Part shown: positions 19,768 through 30,317 of the stretch, in pieces | Numbering within the stretch: position 1 is the first letter of the stretch | Layout: each line of letters opens with the position of its first letter | Origin: Candidatus Poribacteria bacterium | Lineage (GTDB): Bacteria > Poribacteria > WGA-4E > WGA-3G | Reading direction: 5' to 3' | Assembly: GCA_965205025.1 (NCBI GenBank) | Contig: CBDBFU010000026.1 | Span: 96,001-160,000 of the forward strand | Length of the DNA stretch: 64,000 nt | The notes under the pieces: model-generated | Databases searched by the model: none | The model's input: only the letters and a program-made list of their open reading frames with translations | What the model was told of the DNA's origin: nothing | Translations under genes and position numbers: made by a program

Positions 19768-21046
19768 AGTGGACGGGAGATTCTATAGAGAGATCATCAT
19801 ACGTTCCTGTTTTCGGTACGATGATTTCAAGCATCCTATTTTGATACTTTGCGTAAAAGTCTTCTGGTTGGCACGGAATTGGGAAGATATTTCTGAAGCC
19901 ATCAGGGAATGAACTGGTACGTCCAACCACCTTCTCAAAACGAGGATCAGCAAATTCCATTGGCTTTTCTGGATCCCTTGGAAGTTGGGTTTGAACAGTC
20001 ACCACACTCTCTTGATCCAGTGGAGATTCATCGGGGGCAAAAGGTGAACTGATTGATACCTCATAATCGTAGTGAGGCATTCTATCCGGCAGTTCATAAG
20101 TGTTTTTCGCTGAAGAATCTGGTACCCAACGTGGGAATTCTATTTCAATCCGATAATAGTCTGCTAACTCTGAGACACGGTTCACCATGCCATAACGACG
20201 GTAACGTTCTTTTATATCATCCGAGTATATAGCACCTTCGGTTTCAACTGCCCCTGGCATTGTTTTTCTTAATCCAACATCATCGTTTACCAAGGTCGAA
20301 CGTAACCCTATAAGAAGTGGGGTTGCTACTAATGAAGCAAACCACCCATAGATTGATGCTCCATAACGCGCATCTTCTGATTCACTTGTAGAAGTCAACT
20401 CAGATTTAAAACGAACCATTCCCTCAACAATAGCAATAACTATTCCCAAGAAGATCATCAAATTACCAGATGGAGTAAAAAGACCTACTGTTCCCTGCTG
20501 CATTCCAATGAAAAACAGAACAAGCGGGTATAGAACCAGATTGATAAGACTATTAATACCTGTAGAAATGGCAGCACTAAATATTCGAGGATTACCTGCC
20601 ATCTCCTCTAATCGGGACTTAAATCCCGCTGAGAACGCACCTAACAAAGGTTGTCCCAGCATTACAATCAATCCGTAGGGGGAACGTAATGACGATCTGG
20701 CTGCATTTGGTAACTGAACAAATTCTTCTGGTACACCTTGTTCTTTTTTCTTTTTAGATTGTCCCGCATCATCAGCGCCGTCATCATCTGACTCAGGTTT
20801 AACAAAGGTTTCAAAGAACTTGCTATTTACTTCTATATATGATTCCCATTCACTCGGAACATCACTCTGCATAAAGATAGCAGTGACAGGACATACAGGT
20901 TCACACGCTGCGCAATCAATACAAACGCTTGGATCAATATACAGTTGGTTTTCACCTTCAGAAGTATGTATGCAATCCACTGGACAGACATCAACACATG
21001 CCGTGTCTTTTACATCAACACAAGGTTCACAGATAACATATGCCAT
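19748..21046 (-). CDS. 7Fe-type ferredoxin fused to a membrane domain and a C-terminal HSP20/alpha-crystallin-like domain
   Basis: Start MAYVICEPCVDVKDTACVDVCPVDC...CIDCAACEPVCP after an AAGGAAG RBS; 3-4 hydrophobic segments; C-terminal FYAKYQNRMLEIIVPK. Confidence 0.8.
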   Translation of the reverse strand: MAYVICEPCVDVKDTACVDVCPVDCIHTSEGENQLYIDPSVCIDCAACEPVCPVTAIFMQSDVPSEWESYIEVNSKFFETFVKPESDDDGADDAGQSKKKKEQGVPEEFVQLPNAARSSLRSPYGLIVMLGQPLLGAFSAGFKSRLEEMAGNPRIFSAAISTGINSLINLVLYPLVLFFIGMQQGTVGLFTPSGNLMIFLGIVIAIVEGMVRFKSELTSTSESEDARYGASIYGWFASLVATPLLIGLRSTLVNDDVGLRKTMPGAVETEGAIYSDDIKERYRRYGMVNRVSELADYYRIEIEFPRWVPDSSAKNTYELPDRMPHYDYEVSISSPFAPDESPLDQESVVTVQTQLPRDPEKPMEFADPRFEKVVGRTSSFPDGFRNIFPIPCQPEDFYAKYQNRMLEIIVPKTGTYDDLSIESPVHYAKLKG

Positions 21047-21143
21047 ATCAACATTACTTCCTTTAGAATATATATATACAATAATTATAATATCATAATT
21101 ATACCTAAGATAGCAAGTTTCACCCACGGTACCTGATCCATAG

Positions 21144-21159
21144 TAACGGAATTCCGTTA
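21144..21159. promoter_or_regulatory. Perfect 16-bp palindrome in the divergent ferredoxin-fusion/hisC intergenic region
   Basis: TAACGGAATTCCGTTA. Confidence 0.4.
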
Positions 21160-21336
21160 TATCAAATCTAACGAACCTTGAAAAGGTGTTTTAGCAGTAA
21201 GTATACATCAAATGTATGTCTTTGATTTTACTATGAAAACGGCACCTTCTATGATATACTGCATAGGAAAGAGGAGAATTTAGTTTAGATCAGCTATAAA
21301 CTTCAACTGATAACAACGTTGACTATATAGGAACCC

Positions 21337-22437
21337 TTGAATATAACTGAGAAAATGTTAAAGCCAAACCCAGGTATTGATACAATAAAAGCATATCAAG
21401 GTGGAAAACCGATTGAAGAAGTTAAAAGAGAACTTGGTATCTCTAACATTATCAAATTAGCTTCAAATGAAAATCCACTCGGTCCTTCCCCTTTAGCACA
21501 ACAAGCAATCAAAGAAATATCAACGCAGGTACATTTCTATCCTGATGGAAATGCATACTATCTTAAAGCCGATTTAGCAAAACATCTTAGTGTTACCGAA
21601 GATCATCTGATACTGACCAACGGTTCAAACGAAGTGCTACAGCTCGTGGGGGAAACTTACTTAGGTCCAGGCGACGAGGTAATCTATGCTGAGGGAGCTT
21701 TTGTTGTGTACGGCCTCGTCGCAACCGTCACAGGCGCAACTCCGGTTGTTGTCCCAATGCAAAATGATACGCACCATTTACCAGCAATGGCTGCTGCAAT
21801 AACAGATAAAACCAAAGCAATCTTCATTGCAAATCCAAACAACCCTACTGGTACAATGGTCACTGCTAAAGAAACAGCACATTTTATGGCACAAGTTCCA
21901 GAAGATGTGTTAGTTATATTTGATGAAGCGTATTATGAATATGTAACACATCCAGATTATCCACATACACTACCATACGTTATGGATGGTCGTAATTTCA
22001 TAATCACTCGAACATTCTCTAAAATATATGGACTTGCAGGTTTGCGTATTGGTTACGGAATCGCACCACCCCCCGTAATCGCAACCATGAATCCTGTTCG
22101 ACAACCATTCAATTGTAATGCAGTCGCCCAAGCTGCCGCACGCGCCGCCATCACTGATACTGAATACATCAAAGAAAGTCAAATGCTAAACGAACAGGGT
22201 AAGGTATTCCTATATCAGGCTTTCGAGGATTTAGGTCTTCGTTATATAAAAACTGAAGGGAATTTCATCATGGTTTTTGTTAACCAACCCGGTGCAGATA
22301 TGGTAGAAACAATGATGAAGAAAGGTGTAATTGTAAGAGCAATGGCTGGCTACGGTTATCCTGACGCAATTAGAGTCACAATTGGCAAACAGAGGGAAAA
22401 CGAACGATTCCTTGAAATCCTTTCTTCACTTGTATAA
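21337..22437 (+). CDS. hisC: Histidinol-phosphate aminotransferase
   Basis: KLASNENP, NPNNPTG, DEAYYEY, RTFSKIYGLAGLRIGY. Confidence 0.94.
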   Translation: MNITEKMLKPNPGIDTIKAYQGGKPIEEVKRELGISNIIKLASNENPLGPSPLAQQAIKEISTQVHFYPDGNAYYLKADLAKHLSVTEDHLILTNGSNEVLQLVGETYLGPGDEVIYAEGAFVVYGLVATVTGATPVVVPMQNDTHHLPAMAAAITDKTKAIFIANPNNPTGTMVTAKETAHFMAQVPEDVLVIFDEAYYEYVTHPDYPHTLPYVMDGRNFIITRTFSKIYGLAGLRIGYGIAPPPVIATMNPVRQPFNCNAVAQAAARAAITDTEYIKESQMLNEQGKVFLYQAFEDLGLRYIKTEGNFIMVFVNQPGADMVETMMKKGVIVRAMAGYGYPDAIRVTIGKQRENERFLEILSSLV

Positions 22438-22513
22438 AGGAAATAAAGTAACAACCAATTCATAAGTAAATTAAAAACTTTCAATTAATTACCATACTTA
22501 ACAACAATCAACT

Positions 22514-23626
22514 ATGAAAGAATTGATTCAGATAAACAATAGAAAGTTAACCGAAAAAATAATGGTCGGCACTGTACCTATAGGTGGTGGTAGTCCAATT
22601 TCTATACAAACTATGACTACCACACTAACCCATGATGTTGATGCAACTCTGGCTCAGGTTGAACGATGTGCAGAAGCTGGTGCACAGATTGTTCGAGTGG
22701 CTGTACCTGAGGAAAAAGATGCAAAAGCATTGTCCACATTAGTAATACGATCACCTGTTCCCATAGTCTCAGATATACATTTCAATTACAAATTTGCTCT
22801 TGCAGCTGTGGATGCTGGGGTAGCAAAAGTACGTATTAATCCTGGTAATATCGGTAATAAAGACCGTATCGCACAAGTATTGTCTGCTGCTAAATCTGCA
22901 AATATACCAATTCGTATCGGTGTGAATGAAGGATCCCTTGAAAAGGATCTATTGGAGAAATACCCCTCACCAACAGCTGAGGCATTAGTTGAAAGCGCAT
23001 TGCGACATGTCAATATCTGTGAAGAACACGATTTTACCAATATTGCAATTTCTGTCAAATCAAGTGATCCAATCCGCATGATAAAAGCAAACCGATTACT
23101 TTCCGCCAAGGTTAACTACCCATTACATCTCGGTGTAACAGAAGCTGGAACACCACGCCGCGCACACGTCAAATCAACACTCGGCATTGGGACATTGTTG
23201 CAAGAAGGTATTGGTGATACCATTAGAATCTCTATTACGGGAGATCCTGTTGAAGAGGTATTAACCGCAAAAGAACTCTTACGTGCACTCAACATGGCTG
23301 ATGATATTTTAGATGTTATCTCATGTCCTTTCTGTGGACGAGGAGATCCAGAGGCAAATTATGAGAATATAGTGGTTACCGCCGAAGAACTATTAGAGAA
23401 GAATGGTATCAACATACCTGTCGCTGTGATGGGATGTGAAGTCAATGGTCCAGGTGAGACACGAAACGCTAAACTCGGTATACATCTTGGTGGTAAAGAA
23501 CTCGCAGTTCTAAAAGTAGACGGTGTAAAAGTTCGAACATTCCGTGGAAAAGATGAGGTTAATCCAGAATACTTAGCAAACGCATTACTCAAAGCAGCAC
23601 AACAATTCCAAGTGTCAGAAACCTAA
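22514..23626 (+). CDS. ispG: 4-hydroxy-3-methylbut-2-en-1-yl diphosphate synthase
   Basis: DIHF, RINPGNIG, RIGVN.GSL, HLGVTEAG, GIGDTIRIS, SCPFCGR, MGCEVNGPGE. Confidence 0.96.
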   Translation: MKELIQINNRKLTEKIMVGTVPIGGGSPISIQTMTTTLTHDVDATLAQVERCAEAGAQIVRVAVPEEKDAKALSTLVIRSPVPIVSDIHFNYKFALAAVDAGVAKVRINPGNIGNKDRIAQVLSAAKSANIPIRIGVNEGSLEKDLLEKYPSPTAEALVESALRHVNICEEHDFTNIAISVKSSDPIRMIKANRLLSAKVNYPLHLGVTEAGTPRRAHVKSTLGIGTLLQEGIGDTIRISITGDPVEEVLTAKELLRALNMADDILDVISCPFCGRGDPEANYENIVVTAEELLEKNGINIPVAVMGCEVNGPGETRNAKLGIHLGGKELAVLKVDGVKVRTFRGKDEVNPEYLANALLKAAQQFQVSET

Positions 23627-23673
23627 CCCAGTTGGTAAATATTCAAACCCTAATTTATATTGGAATATACCCA

Positions 23674-25182
23674 ATGCAGTTCCTCCGTAAAGCTGTTCGA
23701 TCTATAGTTGGACAAATAGTTTTATTCACGATTTTCTTCTTTCTATATCATAAGTTTATAGTATACATCATGCGTGAAACAGGACTGAAGCTTGGAGCGG
23801 TTGGGTATAACGGTGTTTTTACGCCTCTCTATGCTGTAATTCAACCTGACCTGAGTTGGTGGATCGTCCCCGCTATTCTAATCTGTATCGGTTTCTTATT
23901 TCTCTGCCATAAATATCTCCTATCCAATAAAATAAATACCCCTGAACTCATTGGAATAGCCATAATTTGCTTTCTCGCAATCACTATCAGTGTTACCCTG
24001 ATTGATGGATACAATAATATTGGTAATGAAGAGAATCCAAATTGGATTCTTGCTCTTTTGGAACCTTATACACGTACAGGATTGGAATATTATGGGGATG
24101 TGCCACGAATTGAAGATTTAGGTCTTCAAGCATTCCTACGCGATTTCAGCAAACCAGAACTATTTAATACGCTTTCAGGTCATACCCGAACACATCCAGC
24201 AGGTGGGGTAGTGTTTTTATGGTTTGTTAGTAAAGTATTCGGTTATAATCTCCTCTCAGCTTCCTTATTCTCAATTTTCTTTACCGCAGTTGTTGTCATA
24301 CTCATCTATAAACTTGGTGAACATCTTTATGGAGAAACAGTTGCTCTATACGCTCTACTGCTGTTTCTGATTACACCTAATTTCGTGATGTTCACAGGTA
24401 CATCAATGGACGGTCCATTTAGTGTATTTCCAATTCTTAGCCTTTACCTATTTTATATAGCCAGAGAACGAGAAACTAAACCAGATATTGATCTGACTTC
24501 ATTCCGACCCTATAGCCTTTTAACTGGTATTTCACTTGCCATCGGTATGTTTATGACATATGCCACTGTTGTTATCGGTGTTTTCTTATGTGTCATAGCA
24601 ATATTAGAATATAGACAGTTTAAACAGTATTTAAAAGTATTAGCATTTGCAGCAGTAGGCTATATAGGATTCTATGTACTGCTATTTATAATCACCGGTT
24701 ACGATCCGATTACCTCAACATGGGCTGCTATAAAAAAAGATGAAGCAGGCTTAGGAACAGGTTATGAAAGTATTGATCGGTTTTTCCATCTGAGTATTGG
24801 AAATCTATTTGCATTTCTAATCGGTGTAGGTATCCCTATTACTGCTGTCTGGTTCCGTCAAGTTATAAGTACATTCAGCGACTGGAGGAAGAACGCCACT
24901 GTAGCTGAGAAAGATTCTGGTCCGTCAGTAATACCTTGGCTATTACGTTTTGATAAAGCAGATTCCTATATCATCGGATTCTGTATAACATTATTCTATT
25001 TTACATTTTCGACACTGTTTACAATGGAAGTAGAACGTATCTGGATTTTCATGGTTCCGTTTTTCGTAATTCCAGTAGCAAAATTCCTCACATCCCGACC
25101 TCGTTCAGATTTATATTGGGTGGGATGTCTTCTCGTCGTACAACTCATTCTATCAGAAGTACTACTCTATACATATTGGTAG
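23674..25182 (+). CDS. Polytopic GT-C type glycosyltransferase (PMT/ArnT-like)
   Basis: Many transmembrane segments, THPAG motif, YKLGEHLYG...ALLLFLITP pattern, EVERIW. Confidence 0.65.
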   Translation: MQFLRKAVRSIVGQIVLFTIFFFLYHKFIVYIMRETGLKLGAVGYNGVFTPLYAVIQPDLSWWIVPAILICIGFLFLCHKYLLSNKINTPELIGIAIICFLAITISVTLIDGYNNIGNEENPNWILALLEPYTRTGLEYYGDVPRIEDLGLQAFLRDFSKPELFNTLSGHTRTHPAGGVVFLWFVSKVFGYNLLSASLFSIFFTAVVVILIYKLGEHLYGETVALYALLLFLITPNFVMFTGTSMDGPFSVFPILSLYLFYIARERETKPDIDLTSFRPYSLLTGISLAIGMFMTYATVVIGVFLCVIAILEYRQFKQYLKVLAFAAVGYIGFYVLLFIITGYDPITSTWAAIKKDEAGLGTGYESIDRFFHLSIGNLFAFLIGVGIPITAVWFRQVISTFSDWRKNATVAEKDSGPSVIPWLLRFDKADSYIIGFCITLFYFTFSTLFTMEVERIWIFMVPFFVIPVAKFLTSRPRSDLYWVGCLLVVQLILSEVLLYTYW

Positions 25183-25269
25183 ACATAGTGCAGTTTGACA
25201 TTCTGTTCCAAAATTACACTCCAAGTACCATCATTCTATTGCAAAATTAAACCCAGGATAACGTATTTG

Positions 25270-26361
25270 ATGCGAATTCTATATGTGATTGATTCTATGG
25301 CAAAGGATGGTGCGGAATCTCAGCTCCTAAAAACTTTGGAACGATTGAAACCTGATGAATATGAAGTCTATGTCATTCTAAGTCGCACTGAAGGAGAACG
25401 GATCAAAGAACTTACTGCACTACCATGTGTTCGTGATGTAACTATACTTAAAAGTGAAGGTAAGAAAAGAAAGGTATTAAAAAATACATTCGCTCTTGGT
25501 GGTGTAATTAAAACAATACAACCTGACTTAGTACATAGTTGGTTGTGGTATTCAAACTTTCTTAGTGGTTTATCCAACAGATTGGGATTATGGCGTCGTA
25601 TTCCATTAATCGTTTCGCAGCGTGGGGATTATCATGCAAGATATTCGAAATTCCGACTCTGGATTACAGAAAAATTCATATATAATACTGCAGATCTTCT
25701 TTTAACAAATTCAGAACAGATTCAACAACATCTCCAAAATCTATACCCCAAGAAAACAATATATAGTATACCGAATTTATTGGAACTCCCTACAGAAGAA
25801 TGGTCACCAAATCAAAGAGACAGTTCAGAGAAAAGGATAGTATGTGTTGGCAGATTCGCACCAGAAAAAGGGCATCGGTTTCTAATTGAAGCATTAAACA
25901 GGTTAGACTGTGATGGTATCTCTTGGCAATGTGTTTTTCTGGGTGAAGGGGAATTACAATCTGAACTGAGTGATCTTGCTAAGAATCTCAATCTAACCGA
26001 TAAGATTACATTTCCAGGATTCCGTGAGGATGTGTATCCAGTATTGCTACAGGCAGATCTCTTTGTTCTACCATCACTTCATGAAGGCTCTCCGAACGCA
26101 TTAATTGAGGCGATGGGATTAGGATTACCGTGTATCGCTTCAGATGTAGGTGGCATTAAGGATTTAATGGAAAATGAAAAAAACGGTATCCTTGTTCCTC
26201 CCAAAGATCCAGACTCTTTATCCAAGGCATTACATCATCTACTCACAAATCAAAATATCGCAATGGATTTAGGAAGAAACGCTCGCACAACCATTAGAGA
26301 AAAATTCGACAATACTGAATCCATTAGAAAATTAGAAGAAATTTACAAGAGTGTCACTTAG
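25270..26361 (+). CDS. Glycosyltransferase family 4
   Basis: VGRFAPEKG, FVLPSLHEGSPNALIEAM, ASDVGG. Confidence 0.93.
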   Translation: MRILYVIDSMAKDGAESQLLKTLERLKPDEYEVYVILSRTEGERIKELTALPCVRDVTILKSEGKKRKVLKNTFALGGVIKTIQPDLVHSWLWYSNFLSGLSNRLGLWRRIPLIVSQRGDYHARYSKFRLWITEKFIYNTADLLLTNSEQIQQHLQNLYPKKTIYSIPNLLELPTEEWSPNQRDSSEKRIVCVGRFAPEKGHRFLIEALNRLDCDGISWQCVFLGEGELQSELSDLAKNLNLTDKITFPGFREDVYPVLLQADLFVLPSLHEGSPNALIEAMGLGLPCIASDVGGIKDLMENEKNGILVPPKDPDSLSKALHHLLTNQNIAMDLGRNARTTIREKFDNTESIRKLEEIYKSVT

Positions 26362-26366
26362 TAAGT

Positions 26367-27275
26367 ATGAATCCTAATCGACTTACACAATTTGCCAAAA
26401 ATGTTGTTGCATTCGTAATCTATCTTCTCGGTATTCCATGGATAGTAAGGGAGTGGCTCTGTAGGAACAGGGTGACAATTCTCCTTTATCACGACGTTTC
26501 ATCAAAGGTATTTGAAAAACATATAAAATACCTGATTCGCAATTACAATATCATCAGTTTAGAGTCGCTCGTTTCAGCAATTTACAATCAAGACTTTACA
26601 GAATTACCACAGAGAAGTGTTGTAATTACTCTTGATGATGGACACGCCAACAATATCAAACTCTTACATATCTTTCAAAAGTATTCAATTCGTCCAACAA
26701 TATATGTTTGCACACAGATAATCAACACTAATAGACATTTCTGGTTTAAAATTGACGGACTATCCAAGAGAGAGAAAGAACATCTTAAGAGAATACCAAA
26801 TCAACAACGGATAGCATATTTAAGAGATTCCTCAAATTTTGAGCACATAGTCGAATATAATCATAGACATGCACTGAATTTAGATGAATTGAAACAAATG
26901 TTAGAGAGTGTTGATTTTCAACCACATACTCAAACCCACCCTATACTACCTAATTGTACGGAACTCGTATGTAAACAAGAGATTCTTGAGAGTAAGAAGG
27001 ATTTGGAGACAATGTTAGATCTTGAGTGTCTACATTTTAGTTATCCAAATGGGGATTACACAGAACGGGAAATAGAGATTGTGAAACAAGGAGGATTTCG
27101 TTCCGCTCGTACAACAGATGTTGGATGGAACACCATAAATACATCCCCTTATAGACTAAAGACAATTCCAATTACAGATACTGCTGGGAACATTAGACTT
27201 CGGGCAGAAATGACATCAATACCGCAACGGTTGGCGAGAATAGTGAATACCATCTTATGGAAAAGAATGATATAA
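26367..27275 (+). CDS. Polysaccharide deacetylase (NodB/CE4)
   Basis: LLYHDV, ITLDDG, HTQTHP, FSYPNG. Confidence 0.9.
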   Translation: MNPNRLTQFAKNVVAFVIYLLGIPWIVREWLCRNRVTILLYHDVSSKVFEKHIKYLIRNYNIISLESLVSAIYNQDFTELPQRSVVITLDDGHANNIKLLHIFQKYSIRPTIYVCTQIINTNRHFWFKIDGLSKREKEHLKRIPNQQRIAYLRDSSNFEHIVEYNHRHALNLDELKQMLESVDFQPHTQTHPILPNCTELVCKQEILESKKDLETMLDLECLHFSYPNGDYTEREIEIVKQGGFRSARTTDVGWNTINTSPYRLKTIPITDTAGNIRLRAEMTSIPQRLARIVNTILWKRMI

Positions 27276-27952
27276 CTAAATGGCATCACGCCTACATTCA
27301 GAATGCTTACCAAGAGTTAGCACAGGGATATACAAAAGAACAGATTGATAGACTTAATATCAATGCAAGGAATAAAAAAGTACTGGATGTCGGTTGTGGT
27401 CCAGGAAATCTACTTGCTGCGTTATCTTCTAATAATCCAAAACTATTAATTGGTGTGGATACAGATAAGATATTTCTTCTATATGCACGCGAAAAAACCA
27501 AAAATATCTTAGAACCTCCTGCAGTTCACCCATCATTTATTCAGGGAACATTACCCACATTACCTTTTCAAGATGAAACTTTCGATATTGTCACCTGTTT
27601 TCTTGTAATGCCACATGTGTCTGACGATGAAATCGCTATAAGAGAACTAACACGTGTTTTGAAATCGGGTGGAACACTGGCAATTTCCGGGCACGGTTTC
27701 GGTTTCCCGTTACGATATCTCAAAAAGTTCAAAATGAAGCCATTGCAGATGTATATTGCGAGTCTAATTTATCGATTTACTGGCAGAAAGTTAATAAGGA
27801 ATACACTACAAAATTTAAAAAAGATAGGTAATATCTTGGGGCATTTAGGTATGGAAATAGATGTTCAATATCAGAAAAGAGTTTTTGGATGTATCGCAAC
27901 CTATTGGATTAAAACTACTAAGAGTGACGCGAATCCTAAGGCTACACAGTAA
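27257..27952 (+). CDS. Class I SAM-dependent methyltransferase
   Basis: VLDVGCGPG, LPFQDETFDIV, RVLKSGG. Confidence 0.9.
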   Translation: MEKNDITKWHHAYIQNAYQELAQGYTKEQIDRLNINARNKKVLDVGCGPGNLLAALSSNNPKLLIGVDTDKIFLLYAREKTKNILEPPAVHPSFIQGTLPTLPFQDETFDIVTCFLVMPHVSDDEIAIRELTRVLKSGGTLAISGHGFGFPLRYLKKFKMKPLQMYIASLIYRFTGRKLIRNTLQNLKKIGNILGHLGMEIDVQYQKRVFGCIATYWIKTTKSDANPKATQ

Positions 27953-28740
27953 TATGTAAAAAGAGAGAATTTTCCTCTGTTTAACACCACCAGTAGAAAA
28001 CGTAAAGCAATATACCCAACAAGAAATGATGCAAACATACCACTACCTAATATATAAGGTGAAATAGTAGTATCTCCAATATCACGAAGTTTAAGTACAA
28101 CTGCACCAAGAATCGCGGGAATTGAGAGAAGGAAGGAATATTCCGCTGCTGTTTTTGCAGGAATACCCAAAAACAGGGCAAGAGATATCGTTGTACCTGA
28201 ACGGGATATACCAGGTGTAATTGCACATCCTTGGGCGATTCCAATGATTGGAGCATGCCACGATTTTAATCTTTTACTTATAGCTTCCTTGTTATCACTA
28301 TATCCTTTTTGAAGTCGTGGTAATTGCAAGATAATTCCCGTTACAATTAACATTAAGCTAACAAGCCATACTTTATCAAAGAAGGATTCTAATTGTGATT
28401 TAAACAACACAGCTATGAGACCCGTCGGAATAGAACCAAGTAGTAGCAACCATATAAATTTCAGATCATCAGATGTTCTAACTTTTTGTACTGGATTACG
28501 AAAGAAATCTATATCTACAAAACTTGATACACCGTTGAATAACAGCCTTGCGATTGAATGTCGATAGACAACAATTACTGCAGCTAATGTTCCAACATGC
28601 AGCATCACATCAAAAAAGACAAGTGGCTCATTTAATCCAAGGAAATGTTGTGCTAAGACGAGATGTCCAGAACTACTAATAGGAAGGAATTCGGTTAAAC
28701 CTTGTAAAATACCCAGTAGAATCGCATCAAGAAGTGTCAT
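27901..28740 (-). CDS. uppP: Undecaprenyl-diphosphate phosphatase
   Basis: GILQGLTEFLPISSSGHL, PGISRSGTT, YSFLLSIP. Confidence 0.95.
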   Translation of the reverse strand: MTLLDAILLGILQGLTEFLPISSSGHLVLAQHFLGLNEPLVFFDVMLHVGTLAAVIVVYRHSIARLLFNGVSSFVDIDFFRNPVQKVRTSDDLKFIWLLLLGSIPTGLIAVLFKSQLESFFDKVWLVSLMLIVTGIILQLPRLQKGYSDNKEAISKRLKSWHAPIIGIAQGCAITPGISRSGTTISLALFLGIPAKTAAEYSFLLSIPAILGAVVLKLRDIGDTTISPYILGSGMFASFLVGYIALRFLLVVLNRGKFSLFTYYCVALGFASLLVVLIQ

Positions 28741-28842
28741 ACAAATAGTATAACAATGAAGAGTATAATGAGCAAGAATATACTTCACATTATCAAAACC
28801 AATAATTGAGTGGTTTGATAACTATAGACTATAGGTAATCTA

Positions 28843-28871
28843 TTGACAACGACACTATTTTTTGTTACAAT
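28843..28871 (+). promoter_or_regulatory. Sigma70 promoter
   Basis: TTGACA-N17-TACAAT with TG extension, upstream of the LamG gene. Confidence 0.65.
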
Positions 28872-28903
28872 ATTCTCAATTAACTTCTAATAAGGAGTAA
28901 GAT

Positions 28904-29683
28904 ATGTTAAGAATACTATTACTGTTTAACATCTTAATGATGTTATTATTTACATTCACTCATGCTGATGCTGTTGAAAAGGAAGATATAGTTGTCTATT
29001 ATTCTTTCGATAAAATTGATGGAAAGAAATTCAAAGACAACTCTGGTAATGGTAATGATGCAGAATTATCTGGAAATGGGAAGTTAGTTGATGGTCAGTT
29101 TGGAAAAGCAATCAACCTAAGTGGTGGGATTGTACAGATGGTTCCAGCAAATGACTTTATCGTTCCTATTGGTGAAAATGGACAAATTACAATGGAAGCA
29201 TGGTTCTATCTTAATGAACATGCAGCCTACGATGGTATCATCTCTATTGAGACTGAAAGTGGTGGATGCTGTGAATTCCGAATAATGGTGAATCCAACTT
29301 TTAATCCTTTTTGGGATGCGGCACACCATGCTGACAAGAGTTTAGGAAATTTCAAATTTGAATTAGATGAATGGTATCACTACGTTTTAGTTGCTGACGG
29401 TAAAGATGGAAAAATATATGTGAATGGAGAATTCATTGGCTCACAAGTTGAAAATTTTGAATTCCCAAAATTCAAAAAAGCAGCAATTTACATAGGCGCA
29501 GGTGAAAATCCAAATGTACACCGGGTTGAGGATGCTATTATTGATGAAGTCGTTATTTATTCAAAAGCACTAACTGAAGAGGAAGTTAAAACCTCTATGG
29601 AACTTAGCATTCCAGGTGTTTTGTCTGTTGAAGCAAGTGATAAACTGGCAGTCACTTGGGCAAAAATGAAGTCATCATTTTAA
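28904..29683 (+). CDS. Secreted LamG/concanavalin-like protein with the lineage C-terminal motif
   Basis: YYSFD, DNSGNGND, ITMEAW, WYHYVLV, IYVNG, IDEVVIYSKAL; tail LSVEASDKLAVTWAKMK. Confidence 0.9.
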   Translation: MLRILLLFNILMMLLFTFTHADAVEKEDIVVYYSFDKIDGKKFKDNSGNGNDAELSGNGKLVDGQFGKAINLSGGIVQMVPANDFIVPIGENGQITMEAWFYLNEHAAYDGIISIETESGGCCEFRIMVNPTFNPFWDAAHHADKSLGNFKFELDEWYHYVLVADGKDGKIYVNGEFIGSQVENFEFPKFKKAAIYIGAGENPNVHRVEDAIIDEVVIYSKALTEEEVKTSMELSIPGVLSVEASDKLAVTWAKMKSSF

Positions 29684-29721
29684 CATTTGATATAATTCAA
29701 CTATTTTTAGAGTATTGTTTT

Positions 29722-30183
29722 ATGAAATTAGGGTTTCTTTCAAGAATATTTGAAGGCGCTTTGAGCATTGAAAAAACATATAATCAATGTGATAAAGCAA
29801 TAGGTGCTTTGCGTGCATATAATGAAAATCAAGAAAAGGAAAATGCAGCTATTTCTACAGCTGATAAGGCTGAACTTGATAATACTGTAAACACTGCTAT
29901 TGAAAATGCTACACGTATTATTGAAAAGGAAGGTGAACGAAATTGGCCTGGTGTTTTTCGTGAAATGCACAAGAATTTAGCAAACATCTATTTAGAACTT
30001 GATCAATACGATAAAGTTCGTGAGAAGTGTGAACATCTGCAAGACTATGGAGAGGTAGGTAAATTGGATGCAGAAGAAGTACTCAAGAATCTGAATGAAA
30101 GAGAGAATGGAGATTCAGATAGTACACATTCTGAATCACAACCCACTGATCCAAATCCAGATGTTGATGTAGATGCTTCATAA
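29722..30183 (+). CDS. Hypothetical helical (TPR-like) protein
   Basis: Open frame; HKNLANIYLELDQYDK is TPR-like. Confidence 0.65.
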   Translation: MKLGFLSRIFEGALSIEKTYNQCDKAIGALRAYNENQEKENAAISTADKAELDNTVNTAIENATRIIEKEGERNWPGVFREMHKNLANIYLELDQYDKVREKCEHLQDYGEVGKLDAEEVLKNLNERENGDSDSTHSESQPTDPNPDVDVDAS

Positions 30184-30317
30184 TGCAATACCTATATTTT
30201 TCATGTATACATTTATTAGATGTAATGGTGATTACAAAGTCTGGATATATTGACTGAAATCGTTTGGAGCATTGAATCAATTCGATTTAACTAACCCTAT
30301 CTGTTCCAACTAACTAC

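Noticed and set aside
21121-21300. 6S RNA or a known riboswitch
   Set aside because: Hairpins are present but I could not match the conserved 6S or aptamer motifs; kept only as an unassigned structure.
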